Part shown: one piece after another, positions 1 to 13,391 of the stretch
Position numbering within the stretch: the stretch's first letter is position 1
Layout: every line of letters begins with the position of its first letter
NCBI GenBank assembly: GCA_951406725.2
Contig: OX597814.1
Location: 15,314,001 to 15,378,000 of the forward strand
Direction of reading: 5' to 3'
DNA length: 64,000 nt
From: Octopus vulgaris
Lineage: Eukaryota
The notes under the pieces: generated by a model
Seen by the model: only the letters and a program-made list of their open reading frames with translations
Told to the model about the DNA's origin: nothing
The model's database searches: none
Position numbers and translations under genes: made by a program

Positions 1-37
1 AATATATGAAAGGTAAATAGTTTGTCAGCTATGGATG

Positions 38-46
38 AGAGAGAGA

Positions 47-105
<59 letters not shown>
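38..105. repeat. (GA)n microsatellite
   Basis: Direct tandem GA run. Confidence 0.95.
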
Positions 106-109
<4 letters not shown>

Positions 110-1734
110 TTTGCTAAAAGACACGGAATAGTAAATTCATATTTTGTGCTTCTTGCTATACTAAGTTCCCCTTAGTATATTCTCTTATTTCCACACATTT
201 TTTCTTCTTTATCTATATCTACTATTGTAATTGTTGCACTCATCAAACACAAGGATTTAAGATTCATTTCGAACCTGCCACAAGCTAAATATTCGTAACC
301 GAAAAGTGTCAATTCCTGTTTGCTGATATCTATATCAACTCACCTGCGCATAATTTTGTTTAAACTATCTAAATTTAGTTCATGGTTTAATGCTGCCTCT
401 AATAACGCTGGCACTGAATTGACTAGATTGGTCCGTGTCAGGAACCTATTTAAACCGATCTGTTTAAGCTTGTATTATAATTGATTTGAACATTTATTTG
501 CAACAAAACATTTATAGACTGGGTCTCACGTAAATAGCTCCTCTTTCATACAAGGTTTATTAATAAATACAAGTGTTGAAATAGAATTCAAACAATTTTG
601 ATGTCAGAAGGCGCAATTGTATGTTTATTTGTCAACAAAACAAAAAAAGTCGAAATAGAGTTTATCATTTATATAAATAACGCATAAATCTCAAATAACA
701 AGGCTATTCTTAGAAATTTTGTTTCATTTCATTCATGTCTGTGTAAACAATTCATCGTTGTTTGGTATTGGTATTCAGTTTTCTATGGTACTAATCACAC
801 ATGGTTATAAGTTAACTTTAGGCTTTAGAAATGAACTGAATGATCAGTATATTACTATTTCGTTGTAAGAATCCAAATCAAACGAGAGAAATGTTTTCAG
901 TTCAAGTTGCAAGTAACTTTATACTTTCCAAATTCTATAAATTTTCAGTTGATTAACAATCTCTTTATAGAAAATAACAGCAAACAATGATATTATCGAT
1001 CGTATAGTTAATACACTGCGCAAATTAACACGACAACTTAATATTTAGTTGCATTTAATATTATTCAAAATTGCTGAAATCATTTCGGTCCAGTTCTGCA
1101 GTCTGAAGATAATTTAGGACCTATTCCCTTTCTGGGTTTAACAACAGTACAACCCGGCCTTTGGGCGTCTTGGACAGATTCTACGTTCTTGAAATCATCA
1201 GGACAGTTGTTCTTTCCTCACTTAACTTTGCCCCCCACCCACCAGCCACAGATGCATTCAAACGGCGCTGCCTTCATACACTAAATATGCCATTAAAATC
1301 AAATTCCTTTGACAGTAATAACTGCTTTGCTGTCGCCAAACAAGATAATTTGATTTCGATCTTTTATTTTTTTCCATAAAAATATCGCTAAGACTATATT
1401 TTTAAACGATAATTAAGGACATCAAACTCACTTTACGTTAGTCAAGCAGTCTATATACCAACTATAAATCGATGTTTTGCTTTGCTTTTATTTAATTTAT
1501 CGAATATTTTCCAAACGTTTTCGTGATTAAAATGTGGTGTTGTTGATTACATATGAAATTCCGCTTAAATTATTGACATTTTATAGAATTTAGACGATAA
1601 AATCAATAACTGAAATTTGCTGTGAAGCCTTGAGTACGCTAACAAACATAGCTCATACACAAATACAATCACACAGATATAAATATATAAGAAAGCATGT
1701 AGGTAAACATACATGCACACACACACATACATAA

Positions 1735-1818
1735 TACATACATACATACATACATACATGCGTAAATAAATACATACATACATACATACATACATACATA
1801 CATACATACATACATACA
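1735..1818. repeat. (CATA)n microsatellite at the 5' junction of an R4/Dong-like LINE
   Basis: Tandem CATA units ending where LINE homology begins. Confidence 0.95.
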
Positions 1819-2218
1819 TGCTACTGATCTGTAGGAGACATACGTTCCATAGACGTTAAACCCGCAAGATACTGACTTCAACTGCAAATCTCTGAAATAG
1901 TGATATCCACTTAAGGAGGGATAAATGCGGCAGAGACTTGAGATTAGTGCATACAGCCGTTGAATGTCGTATAATCTCTCTCAGATAGCACTTGCTAAAC
2001 AAAAGCAGCAAAAATAAATACATTAACTTAGTGCTGATAAGAGAAGAGAGCAATATCCTCAGTGAGCCCCTCAAGGAGCATTCTCTTCCTGATGAGCTCC
2101 CATACAATCACAAAACAGCCGAACTAAGATACTTCCACGAACACCTAAATGTGAAACTCTCAGCGTAATAACAAAGAACCATGTATGGGTACGTTTCCCG
2201 AATAACTGAACAGTAATA

Positions 2219-2332
2219 CTCTTTCTATTATAAGCATAAAGCCTGACATTTTCAACTGGTACTCATTTTATCGACCTCGAGAGGATGAAAAGCAAATTCG
2301 ACCCCGGTGGAATTGGGAACTCCGAACGTGCA
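2219..2332 (-). mobile_element. SINE family A fragment (A2-type tail)
   Basis: Degenerate match to the family A core (GTCGACTTTGCCTTTCATCC...GTACCAGTTG on the minus strand). Confidence 0.7.
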
Positions 2333-2339
2333 GATAAAA

Positions 2340-2556
2340 TACCTATTTCTTTACTACCCACAAGGGGCTAAACATAGAGGGGACAAACAAGGACAGACAA
2401 ACGGATTAAGTCGATTATATCGACCCCAGTGCGTAACTGGTACTTATTTAATCGACCCCGAAAGGATGAAGGCAAAGTCGACCTCGGCGGAATTTGAACT
2501 CAGAACGTAACGGCAGACGAAATACCGCTAAGCATTTCGCCCGGCGCGCTTACGTT
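2340..2556 (-). mobile_element. tRNA-derived SINE family A (A1 tail), 5'-truncated
   Basis: Near-identical to copies at 3059, 3868, 32714, 38875 and 49464; B-box GAGTTCAAATTCC on the minus strand. Confidence 0.9.
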
Positions 2557-3058
2557 TTTCTTCTTTTCTTCTCTTCTTTGGAGGTTTCGGCGAGGTCCAA
2601 AGAAGAGAAGAAAAGAGACAAAAGAGGCAATTGTCCGACATGCTAATGATTCTGCCATCCATGAAGAAGACAGTGATATCGACATGAAAAGAAACCTCTC
2701 TTGGACATGTGGCCGCTACATCACAGCACACTTCGAAGACTATGCATTTGCAATCCAAGGACGGGACAGATTACGTCATATATCTGTGCGATGTGCTAAC
2801 ACATCACCCTTGTTGTGTTAAGCAGCTATCCAAAAATGTCATCAAAGTACTACCTCCCGATATGACGCGACGTGGTCACAAAAAACGATATACAATGTCA
2901 TTCGGGAAACAGACTGCCCTGGACTAAATATAGAGAATCCCCTTAATATTGAATGCATACACAAACATCAGCAGAAAGTATACTAGTTTAATATTCCCAT
3001 CATTTACTCCTGGGATAGAAAGACAATCTTTTACTCTTCGTCGGAAATTCTGAAAATA

Positions 3059-3292
3059 TATATTTCTTTACTACCCACAAGGGACTAAACACAGAGAGGA
3101 CAAACAAGGACAGACAAAGGGATTAAGTCGATTACATCGACCCCAGTGCGAAACTGGTACTTTATTTATCGATCCCGAGAGGATGAAAGGCAAAGTCGAC
3201 CTCGGCGGAATTTGAACTCAGAACGTAACGACAGACGAAATACCGCTAAGCATTTCGCCCGGCGCGCTTACGTTTCTGCCAGCTCGACGCCT
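3059..3292 (-). mobile_element. SINE family A1, full length, with TSD
   Basis: Pol III A-box-like TGGCAGAAACGT and B-box GTTCAAATTCC; flanked by AAATTCTGAAAAT (3045-3057) and AAATACTGAAAAT (3295-3307). Confidence 0.92.
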
Positions 3293-3867
3293 CAAAATAC
3301 TGAAAATGTAACTAAATGAACGTATATACATACATGAATGCATACAAACTGAATATATACGGAATACGTATAGGTGTTTTCAGGCAGACAGCGTAGCAAT
3401 CAGAGACGAAAGATTAATGTTATTTTTACTACAGCCTCGCGTGAAAGTATTTATTTTTAATCTCGAAAACATAATTAGCTCCCAATAACTCCATTATGCT
3501 AAATGGATATCTATCATTTCCATATCAGTAGAAATATATGAAATTAGCAGAGTAATAATGATCTCAGTATTATCTTGAAACAATATACAATAGCATGATT
3601 TAAATGATTGATTTCCTCAGTCATTTGTGGACATTATCTTTGAAGATTGTCACATTATTATTCTTAAATATATTGCTTCTTGCACTCCAATAGCTATCAA
3701 CGAAAGCAAATAAATCGGTTATCACCCTCTTATCCCCACACGATTATGCGTATGTGTGTCCAGTGAGAGATAGAGTGAGTAAGGGAGAAAGAAAGGGAAG
3801 GATCTAGATAGCAAGATAGATACTTACAGATAGATATGTACGCATGCATGTGTAAATACATGTATAT

Positions 3868-4097
3868 TTTTATCTATTTCTTTATTACCCACAAGGGGTT
3901 AAACATAGAGAGGACAAACAAGGACAGACAAATGGATTAAAACGAAACCCGTGCGTAACTGGTACTTAAATAACCGACCCCGAAAGGATGAAAGGCAAAG
4001 TCGACCTCGGCGGAATTTGAACTCAGAACGTAACGGCAGACGAAATACGGCTACGCATTTCGCCCGGCGTGCTAACATTTCTGCCAGCTTGCCGCCT
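3868..4097 (-). mobile_element. SINE family A1, full length, 15-bp TSD
   Basis: Family match; TAAATACATGTATAT at 3853-3867 and 4098-4112. Confidence 0.92.
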
Positions 4098-5351
4098 TAA
4101 ATACATGTATATGTATATCAACTCTATCCTGTAATAATGTCAACTTTTTCACATACACATATACCCCATTGACAGCATCGACTGAATTTGCTGATATCTC
4201 GAAAATGTTTTCTTAATTTTCTCTCTAATCCCATCTTTACCGAATTTTTCACCAACTCTTATGTACATTTGTCTAGAAAACCTTGTTTTGAAATAGAATT
4301 CTGTGTGTATTTTGAGCTGTGCGTTCAGTAATGAGTTATTATTATTTGAATTCAGCTTAATCATATCGTCTACGTCTCGACAGAATCATCGCAATATTTC
4401 CAGTAATAATAGTTTTACTTCTATTAACTAATAGGCGTATTACTTCTATTAGCTAATGGACGTTTTGATCTTAATAGCTAATAAGAATGTTGCTCTTGTG
4501 CGCAAAATTGCTCCTATTATACTATCGATGAAAAGGATTCTGTGTGTGTGTGTGTGAGTGAGTGTGTATGTGTGTTTGAATGTGTATGTGTGTAAGTGAG
4601 TGCGCGTACTGGTTTTGATTAGCTAACCGGAGGAAGAATTTTCTGATTTTGCTGACACAAGTAGAAATTATATATTTAGAGTTTTCATAAAACTAACAAA
4701 ATAATTCATCTGAATTTTGGAAGTCTAAACTCTCGTTTATTTCACAAAATGCATTTAGATTTGCGTCGCTTATTTCATTGGTTTCTAGTCAAGAATTATA
4801 ATATCTTTCAATATTTCTGTGACGGTGCAGAGGAAGTGAAAACCCGGATTTCATTAAAGTTATTAATCGAAAGTTAATACATAATTAAACTTGATAAGCA
4901 TAATCTTTAATGAAACAAACAGTCTAGAAAATTCAAACATAACTAAAGTGGTGATAGTCTATTTAGGAATTAATATTTGGATTGGCTAAACGTTAATAAT
5001 AAAAGAACGCTTCTTGCCTGCTATAATGGAATAAAACACCCGTGTAAAGCCATTGTAGAATTCTTGAAATTAAAAGATTGTTTCCGTAACTCACCTGAAC
5101 TAACTAAAGAATATATCAATAAGCATGGAGTAATTAAGTGATATCTGTGCCAAGAATGCTGAAAAAAGAAATCATCCAAAGAATAAGTCTTCGTTGAACA
5201 GAAAATTTTAACAGCAATACTTGTATTTCATAGATAAATATACGTATCTGTGCATCGTTTATATCTATATATGTATGCGTACAAAATTCCACATGTATAA
5301 AGACATATAGGTGTATATGTGTGCGTCTATGTAAGAAAGGTATAATCAGGA

Positions 5352-5486
5352 AGGCGTGGCTATGAAATTAGAACGTTGCTTCCCAACCACACATGTGGCT
5401 CAGTCTCACTGCATAGCACCTTGGGCCGACCAATGCATTGTGACTGAACTGGATTTAGTAGACAGAGGCTAAAATAAAAGAAGGCT

Positions 5487-5490
<4 letters not shown>
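5352..5490 (+). mobile_element. SINE family B, degenerate 5' half
   Basis: CCAACCACACATG...CCTTGGGCCGACCAATGCATTGTG matches the 5' half of family B. Confidence 0.7.
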
Positions 5491-5560
<70 letters not shown>

Positions 5561-5567
5561 CATACAT

Positions 5568-5598
<31 letters not shown>

Positions 5599-5626
5599 CA
5601 TATAAATATATATATATATAATATAT

Positions 5627-6007
<381 letters not shown>

Positions 6008-6203
6008 AGAGAAATGATGGCGAGAGACAAAAGATAGGTAACCTATTTTAGTAACATATCTTTTGTCTCTTCATTATTTCTCCTGTTTTTTTTATGGCTC
6101 AAATACACGGAGGACTTCAATTTGCCCTATATAGAGAGATAATTCTATCTCTAAAAAGTATATTACACACACATATATACACACACACACACACGTGTAT
6201 ATA

Positions 6204-6241
<38 letters not shown>

Positions 6242-6284
6242 CACGTGTGTGTAAGTGCGCGTGTGTGTGTGTGTGCGCGCGTGT

Positions 6285-6485
6285 CTTTGCGCCTGTGATT
6301 ATTCCTACCACTGCTTGACATCTGGTGTTGGTGTGTTAACGTACTCGTAACTTAGCGGTTCTTTAAAAATAGACCGATACATGGCTTTAAAAAAACTAAG
6401 TATTTGGGTTAATTCGTTCGACTAAAATTCCGCAAGGCGCTGCCACAGCATGGCCACAGTCTAATGTCTGAAACAAAAGATAAAA
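6285..6485 (+). mobile_element. SINE family B, 3' half
   Basis: CTTGACA...GTAACTTAGCGGTTC...CAGCATGGCCACAGTC...CTGAAACAA matches the family B 3' half. Confidence 0.75.
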
Positions 6486-8078
6486 GCCCCAAACCCACCA
6501 AAAGTATCAGAGAAAAACAAGGAAGTAAATGGATAGCCGTATGGCGTCTTGTGTTTACAATTTCAAGGATATGCTGGAGTTTCTTTCTTTGAAAAATGAA
6601 TGGTCATAAGGAATATGATTGAATTGACTTAATTCCCTATGGAATTAGCCGTAACCCAAAGCAGCAAGAACAAAAACGGCTATATAGCTCTTAGGAAGGG
6701 AATGACATATAGTTGTCAGTATGTGAATGTGTTAAACTGGGAAGTCATTTGTATTTGAATGTGTTGTGTGCGTGTATGAATGCATATCTCAATGTGTATG
6801 AAATTATCTGAGCTTGAACGCCAATGAACAGCTGACTATGTGTACTGTACGCAGCGGTGTTTGTATATGTACGTATGTGTGTTTCTATACACGTGTGGGT
6901 GGGTGGGTGTGCGCCCGTGTGTGTATAATGTTGTGATTGTGTCGCGTGCATGTGCGTCAAATATTTTTAGCAAGAAATGTAGAGTAGTTTATAAATAAGC
7001 TTCCCCATTGAGTATACTTCCTGTTAACTCATTGCCATTCCCTCCTGGTTTCACAAAGTTGATGCACCTGTAACAACCAAATACATTTATGATACAAATT
7101 TGCACCTGTTCATTCATTCCTCTCTCAGATTACTGGCATGGCCACACCCTTTATCTTGATCTATATACATATAATACATACACTCAGCCTCACACACACA
7201 CACACACACACACTCACACACACACATATATATATTACACACACATGCACATGCATACATATATGTATGTGTGTATCTGTATATGCCTCTGTGTGTGTTT
7301 ATGTGTGTTTGTTATGTGTAGATTTGTACGTATTCTTTCATTATTACCTATTTTTACTATTTTGTTCTTTCTAGTCTCTTTATCATGCTCCTGTTTCAGA
7401 CAACTTTTGTCTTGACTTTTCTTTATACATTTACATAATTCCTTATTAACTTTATACATTTACCTTTTCCCTCAAAAATATATTCTGTACATATTCCTTT
7501 ATTTTTTATTCTTGCAAATTTCCACATTGCTTCGTTCAGTTTCATTTCTTTTCGTTTCTTTTTAATGAATTTTATTTCTTTCCCATCTTTCTTTTTTTTA
7601 TTAAATTTCCGTTCACTTTAAACCGTTTTTATCTACATTCATTACATACTACTTTCATTATTCCTTGATTGTTTAGGCTTTTTTATGTACCTTTTTAAAT
7701 AACTTTTCATCAATTTCAAATGTTCCGTGTAATATATTTTAACTTACAATCCATAATATATTGCAAAAGTGTGTTATAAAACATTAAATGTTGCGAATTA
7801 CTTCCTGAAGAAAAACGTATTTTTACTTTCATATTCAAACATACATGCATAGTTGAAATTTATAGATAAACAAAAGACGAAGACAGGTGTATGAACAACA
7901 AGCAAGTGTATTAGTTTTACGCTTGGGAAAAATGAAAAAGCCCTTTACGTTTCGAGCCTACGATCTTCAATAGAAACGGAATAAGAGGAAGTAAATAGAG
8001 AATTAAAAGTAAAATGGTAAAGAGTTCAGCGGTCCAACATGGCATATGAATACACACACACACACACACACACACGCA

Positions 8079-8146
<68 letters not shown>

Positions 8147-11108
8147 GCATACATCTAACTTCCTAGTAGAAGATAGTAAACCGGTTTTTCAAGTGCGCTG
8201 CCATTTGCTATCTATTAACATATGTGAAAAAACTGGCAAACGTAGAGTTTGGTTCTCTTCGCTGAAGTTAAATAAAATGCTGGTACTAGTTCTGAACTTG
8301 AGTTCTATGAATTATCTGTTCTAAATTTCATTTACTGAGACAAGAAAATATAGTTAATATCATTAATATAATAACTGGGAGTCAAAGTCATGATAACATA
8401 CGTTAGGCAGCTGACAAAGGATACTTCTCAGTTGCTTTAAATTAAATTTTGTTCTGCAGTTATGTTTCTGCTTTGTGTTAATGTCCAGTGGGTCGTTTCC
8501 TGTTATCTTTTTTCTTCTCTGGTGTCATTTAAAGGCATTCTATATAGATTTTTACTTCATTTTCCAAATTGGATGGAGTTAGCTATAGAATAAGCGCCAT
8601 AATTTCATTCATACAGTCCGCAAATGAATATCCTCTAGCATGGTTAAATATACTGTTGTAAGATTAATATAATGCTTAAATAGGATCGTTTATTCTTTTT
8701 TATATAGAAATAAGGAAAGGAACCGTATTAAATTTAAGCATGAATTCCAACCATATTTTGAAAGACGTATATATACTATTACCAATGCTAGATTCGAGGA
8801 TGTAACTGATAGTAAAAGTATAAAAAAGTCGACGTCGATAAGGATAAGGCATGAATTAAAATGTATCAATCCTCTCGTGTTGAATTTGAAAAAGTCAGAA
8901 GCAACAAAAGAAAAACAGAAATGCATTGAGGAAGCATTTCTCTTCCTATGGCACAATTCAAATGATGATTTAATCGGAGGTTTTCCTTTATCTTTCAGGA
9001 GGAATGGTAATTCCCACGTCCTTTTTAGGGCTTCGGATGATAATTAGATGGTATCATTGAATATGTGTCTACACTTTGTCCCTAAAATACCATGTATGTG
9101 TGTTTTATCACGGGTTTCCGTATAAATTACTGATCAGGAACAGTATATGGAGGAAAACATTTATTCAAGGTGTTGTGCAGAGGGATCAAATTTAGAACCA
9201 TGTTAACCATGAAACTACACACCAATAACTTGTTAACCACGCAACCAAAACTGCTTCATTTTCACCACGAACTTCAACAAAATTCTTCACCACGATCCTC
9301 ATTCAACAGTATATCATTTCTGTCTCTGCCCTCGAAATGTTGATTTCACATTTTCGCACAAGGCCATCAACATTTCAAGCTAGCATTTAAAGGGACTTAA
9401 CTAAATATTGCTAAGCATTTTCTTTGTGCGTCATCGTTTCTGCCCTCCATTGCCTTACGACCCAAACTATATAACGACGTTACACAACAGCACAAAACCG
9501 AAAATATTAAGAATTGAAGCATGGTCGTTCTCACTGACTGCATTTATTTCAGGACCCGGAGGGAAGAAATCTAAAGCCAACGTAGTCATGGTTTGAACTA
9601 ACATTTTAATGTAACATACATAAATATCCGTGGGTTTCCTCGATGAGTAATCAATAACTCGATCAGCAAAACAAACGTCTTATTATAATAACGTGTAAAT
9701 GGTCGAGTATTCCGCAGAGATATTTACTCTTAATGAAATCCTCTCACAGAATCAGCGTGACATATGTGCAATCCATTCAATATGATGGGTTTCTGCATAA
9801 TTTCCGTCTGCCTAACTTCACATACAATGCCTAAGTCGATACAAGGCTATCGACAAACGATGAAAAAAATGCTTAAAATGCTGTGCAGTGAGATTGATCC
9901 TGGGATGTCTCTGTTGTGCAGCAAGCTTCTCAACATTCAGCTTTATTGCGTGGTGCGAGTCTGTAATCAGGCATACATAAATACGTATCATTTTGTGTCG
10001 TTCTACGCATCCTGCGATGATATACGTTTTGCGTATTTGCGTATGACCGTGGATATGTGAGTATGTAGCAGTGAGCGCGCGAGCGGTTGCATATATGAAT
10101 TATCTGTGCGTATGTGCTCGCGTATGTCTCGATTTCATTGCCATTTGGCTAGATATACGAAACTGAAACTATTACGCAGAGATTAAGTTCACACTGTTTT
10201 CGTAAACTTCAAATATATCCAACGTAAAAATCGTTATCAGTAAGTTATTCTCATTCAAGTTTTCAAAGATAAATTACACATCCAAAATATTTTGAAATTT
10301 TATATATGGAGATCATAAATTTTCTATTTATTGTCGAGTATCATGTTATGATTCAACAAAATTATTAAAAATTGTTCTATTAACATCTTTCTTTTAAATT
10401 ATATTTTCAGCAATATCACTTCTGTTAACATTGCTATATTATCAATTTGATTACTTTGTTTATGCAAGTACAGACAGTTTGTTTTTTCACACAAATTATA
10501 TTTGTTTATTTTAAAACTCTGCTATCGTTTCACCTCCATACTCTCCTACTTTTCTACATGTTATTCCTTTAATTAAAACAAATTAGTGTGTTATGTAAAT
10601 TATCTTCGTTTACAGCTCTTTTGTTTTCTTTTTCCATTTACAATGTTTTGTAATGAGGCGAAGCCACTTCATATTTCAAAGAGTTTGAGCTATTTCATAT
10701 TTTAAATTCATCTTAGTTATTCTGTTATATAATTCATTGAGATAGCAATAGATATTACTTTGCTAAATATTGACATGTTCAAAATTCTTCGGCATATTTC
10801 TTACACTGCTGTGTCTTTCCTGCAAATTCAACCGCGTTCAAATATATCTTAACTTAGAATGTTTGTGCAAGCGTAGGAGAACATCCATATCTCTCGAAAC
10901 ATAAAAGAAACATATGAGATATATTCTCTTACCATTCAATAACATACTGATTTCTTTTGGACTTGTTTTATAATGTTAAAGCAGTCAAGTATTTAATTTA
11001 AACACTCAAACAATTACTATATCAAAGCTAACAGTAACAAGGTAGCAGGAGCATGGGCAAGATGATTAACTAAAATGAAAGCATTAAATACAGGCAAATA
11101 TTGATATA

Positions 11109-11674
11109 TTGGGTTGTCTGGAAAGTTCGTGCCGATTTATAGTAGCTTAACATTTGACTTATTTTAGAACATGGTTGAGTCCATAAAATAGGATTTGACT
11201 ACACCTCCATTTAGAGCACAGTTTAAGCTATCTTTTTGAGGAAGAAGGTACATTTTCCTATAACCTGTGTTAATTCTGTAACCCTTTAAAATGGAAGATA
11301 AGAAAGTTCATTTTCGGCACTTGATGCTTTGGAAACCAGACAAAAATCGCTGCAGCTCGGCTAGGATGTGTTACCCTACCCTCCATATTCACCAGATATT
11401 TCTCCTTCGGATTTCCACTTATTCAGGTCTCTGCAGAATAGTCTTAATGATAAAAATTTCAATTCCTTGGATGACGTAAAAAGATACCTTGATGAATTCT
11501 TTGCCATGAAGCCACCTCAATTCTGGGAAGAGGGTATTTTCAAGCTAAAGGAAAGATAGAGACACATTGTGCAACAAAATGGTTCATATTTGGTTGATTA
11601 AAAATGTAATGGCAAGTATTTATCGACCCTTTTCTTTCCTTCAAAAATCGGCACGAACTTTCCGGACAACCCAA
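11109..11674 (+). mobile_element. Internally deleted mariner (Tc1/mariner) DNA transposon
   Basis: 30-bp TIRs TTGGGTTGTC(T/C)GGAAAGTTCGTGCCGATTT (11109-11138, 11645-11674; one mismatch) with TA on both sides. Transposase N-terminus MEDKKVHFRHLML is joined to the C-terminal PYSPDISPSDFHLFRSLQNSL motif. Confidence 0.95.
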
Positions 11675-11689
11675 TACTTTCATTATGCG

Positions 11690-12065
11690 TGAGATGACGG
11701 AATCGTTAGACTGTCGAAAATATGCTTTCCAGTAATTGTTTCTGCTCAGAGCTCGTATCCCGCCGAGCTTAACTGGAGCTTTCAACCTTAGCCGGTCGAT
11801 AAAACAAAATACTACTGCATGAATGTTATCCTCTCATACCTCCGCTTAAAGTTATTGGCCTTCTGTCTAAACCTAAAATCATTATTTGAATCTTAAAAGA
11901 TGGAGAGGAGGCAGAATCGTTAGAGTGTTAATAAAATGTGTTACAATGTATTTTTGCATTCCGAGTTACAGTAACGCCGAGATCGTTTTCGATTTTTATC
12001 TTTTCGTGATCGATTTCAATTAACCCATTCCCTTCGTAATTGTTGGCCTTGTGCCTAAAATGAAA
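11690..12065 (+). mobile_element. Two old, degenerate family A SINEs in tandem
   Basis: GAATCGTTAGA heads near 11700 and 11915; GTCGATAAA core; TGGCCTTGTGCCTAA tail. Confidence 0.6.
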
Positions 12066-12289
12066 GCATCATCTAGCTCCAAGAGAGTTATGAATGTTGG
12101 AAAGGTAAGGTGCAGGATTACAATACACGTAGTATTTAGTTGCGAGCGTTTATATAGCGATATCAAATCTGAAGAGGTTTACTTAGAATTTTGTCATTCT
12201 GAGCCCGATGAAATAATTATTATTAGAGTAATGACACGTATTATAACAGTTATATATCTTTCCTCATGTATTTACCATTTACAAAAATG

Positions 12290-12560
12290 TTAAAAATTTT
12301 GTTTTTGGATTTGGTTTGCAAGTGATATGAGTTCGTGTGTTGAAGCATATTCTGTTGTGTCTGGGGAGTCATTTTTAACATTTTTTGTGTGCCTTATAAT
12401 TTACTCACCAGTAAAATTTCCACTTATTTCTTATTTTTTATTTCCCTATTTTCAATAGTCTTGACCATTGAAAAGGTTGCAAGACACAACGAAAATTTTA
12501 GGAAAATAAAAATAAGAAATAAGCGGAAATTTCCCCGTTGAGTGTGTTAAAAATTTTGTT
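12290..12560. mobile_element. Fold-back repeat (Penelope-like pLTR family, second copy at 19830-20075) with HHR-like motif
   Basis: Inverted arms at about 12403-12448 and 12499-12543; sequence shared with 19830-20075. Confidence 0.6.
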
Positions 12561-12899
12561 TTAAACCAAAGAGCCTAGGAGAGCAGTGGCCGTAACGTTT
12601 TAAAGCAGTTACAGAATAATAAAATCGATGATCTATTGAAGTTTAACCTCTGTTGACTGACGTTTGCTGGAAAGAGCAAAATAGTGAGGTAAAATAATGG
12701 TGAGCAGTATTAGGAGTAGATTATGGGATTTGGGAGCTTCAAGCAGTCCGGATGACAAATCAAGAAGGTCTTGATTAAGACAGAACAATGCATCATATTT
12801 TGTGAAACACTGTAGTATTGTAGGACATTAGAAAGTGATATGGCGGATACATTGTCTCGGTGACCACCTAAATGGTTCTAATATGAGAGAAAGTCAATC

Positions 12900-13145
12900 T
12901 TTTGAAGGGATGTACTCAAGAATGTTTAAATCTAAGGTGCATGAACAACACTCCAATGTAGGAAATATTTCAACTTTGTGTAGCTTCAACAACTATTGAA
13001 AGCTGAAATGATTTCTTACCCTGATGCATAACTAACCGTTGGGTCTTCTATCATCTTGTAATTCACCGATTTTAATATGATTTATGTTCTGTTACGATAT
13101 TATCGCGTATGTCGCAGGGGTAACGCTACAATGTTCCTATCTAAA
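12900..13145 (-). pseudogene. Possible highly decayed Penelope-like GIY-YIG endonuclease fragment
   Basis: Frameshifted manual translation NIV/RYPCDI.D...KSY/IGE...LCIRVRNH...LNILE resembles VY..C..C...YIGET.R.L..R..EH; several frameshifts are required. Confidence 0.3.
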
Positions 13146-13316
13146 GGAAACCTAATAAGGTACATCAATAATAAATGTGAAGTTCAAGATTTATGCCTAA
13201 CTCTGCACCTGTCTATAGGAACTATTGAAGACAGGGCATTGTTCATTATGGGGGACCAATCACTGGTTAAGGAATATGTTTACTGAATACTATATTGACC
13301 AAATAATTCATAGCAA

Positions 13317-13358
13317 TGAGATGATGATGATGATGATGATGACGATGATGATGATGAC

Positions 13359-13390
<32 letters not shown>
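13317..13390. repeat. (ATG)n microsatellite
   Basis: Tandem ATG with ACG variants. Confidence 0.95.

Positions 13391-13391
<1 letters not shown>

Larger units (their letters stand above)
1819..3322 (+). mobile_element. 5'-truncated, decayed R4/Dong-like non-LTR retrotransposon (copy 1), interrupted by SINEs
   Basis: Manual translation gives IRSIDVK..KILTSTANL*NSDIHLRRDKCGRDLRLV (cf. TRK.LT....H..SD..RLY..R..GGRGL) and EEDSDIDMKRNLSWTCGRYITAHFEDYAFAIQ. Colinear with the copy at 46240-47465; 3' end resembles 49884-49992. Confidence 0.75.

Noticed and set aside
8560-8960. Possible decayed Penelope-like coding remnant (ANEYPL resembling NGYP)
   Set aside because: Too little matching sequence to support a call.
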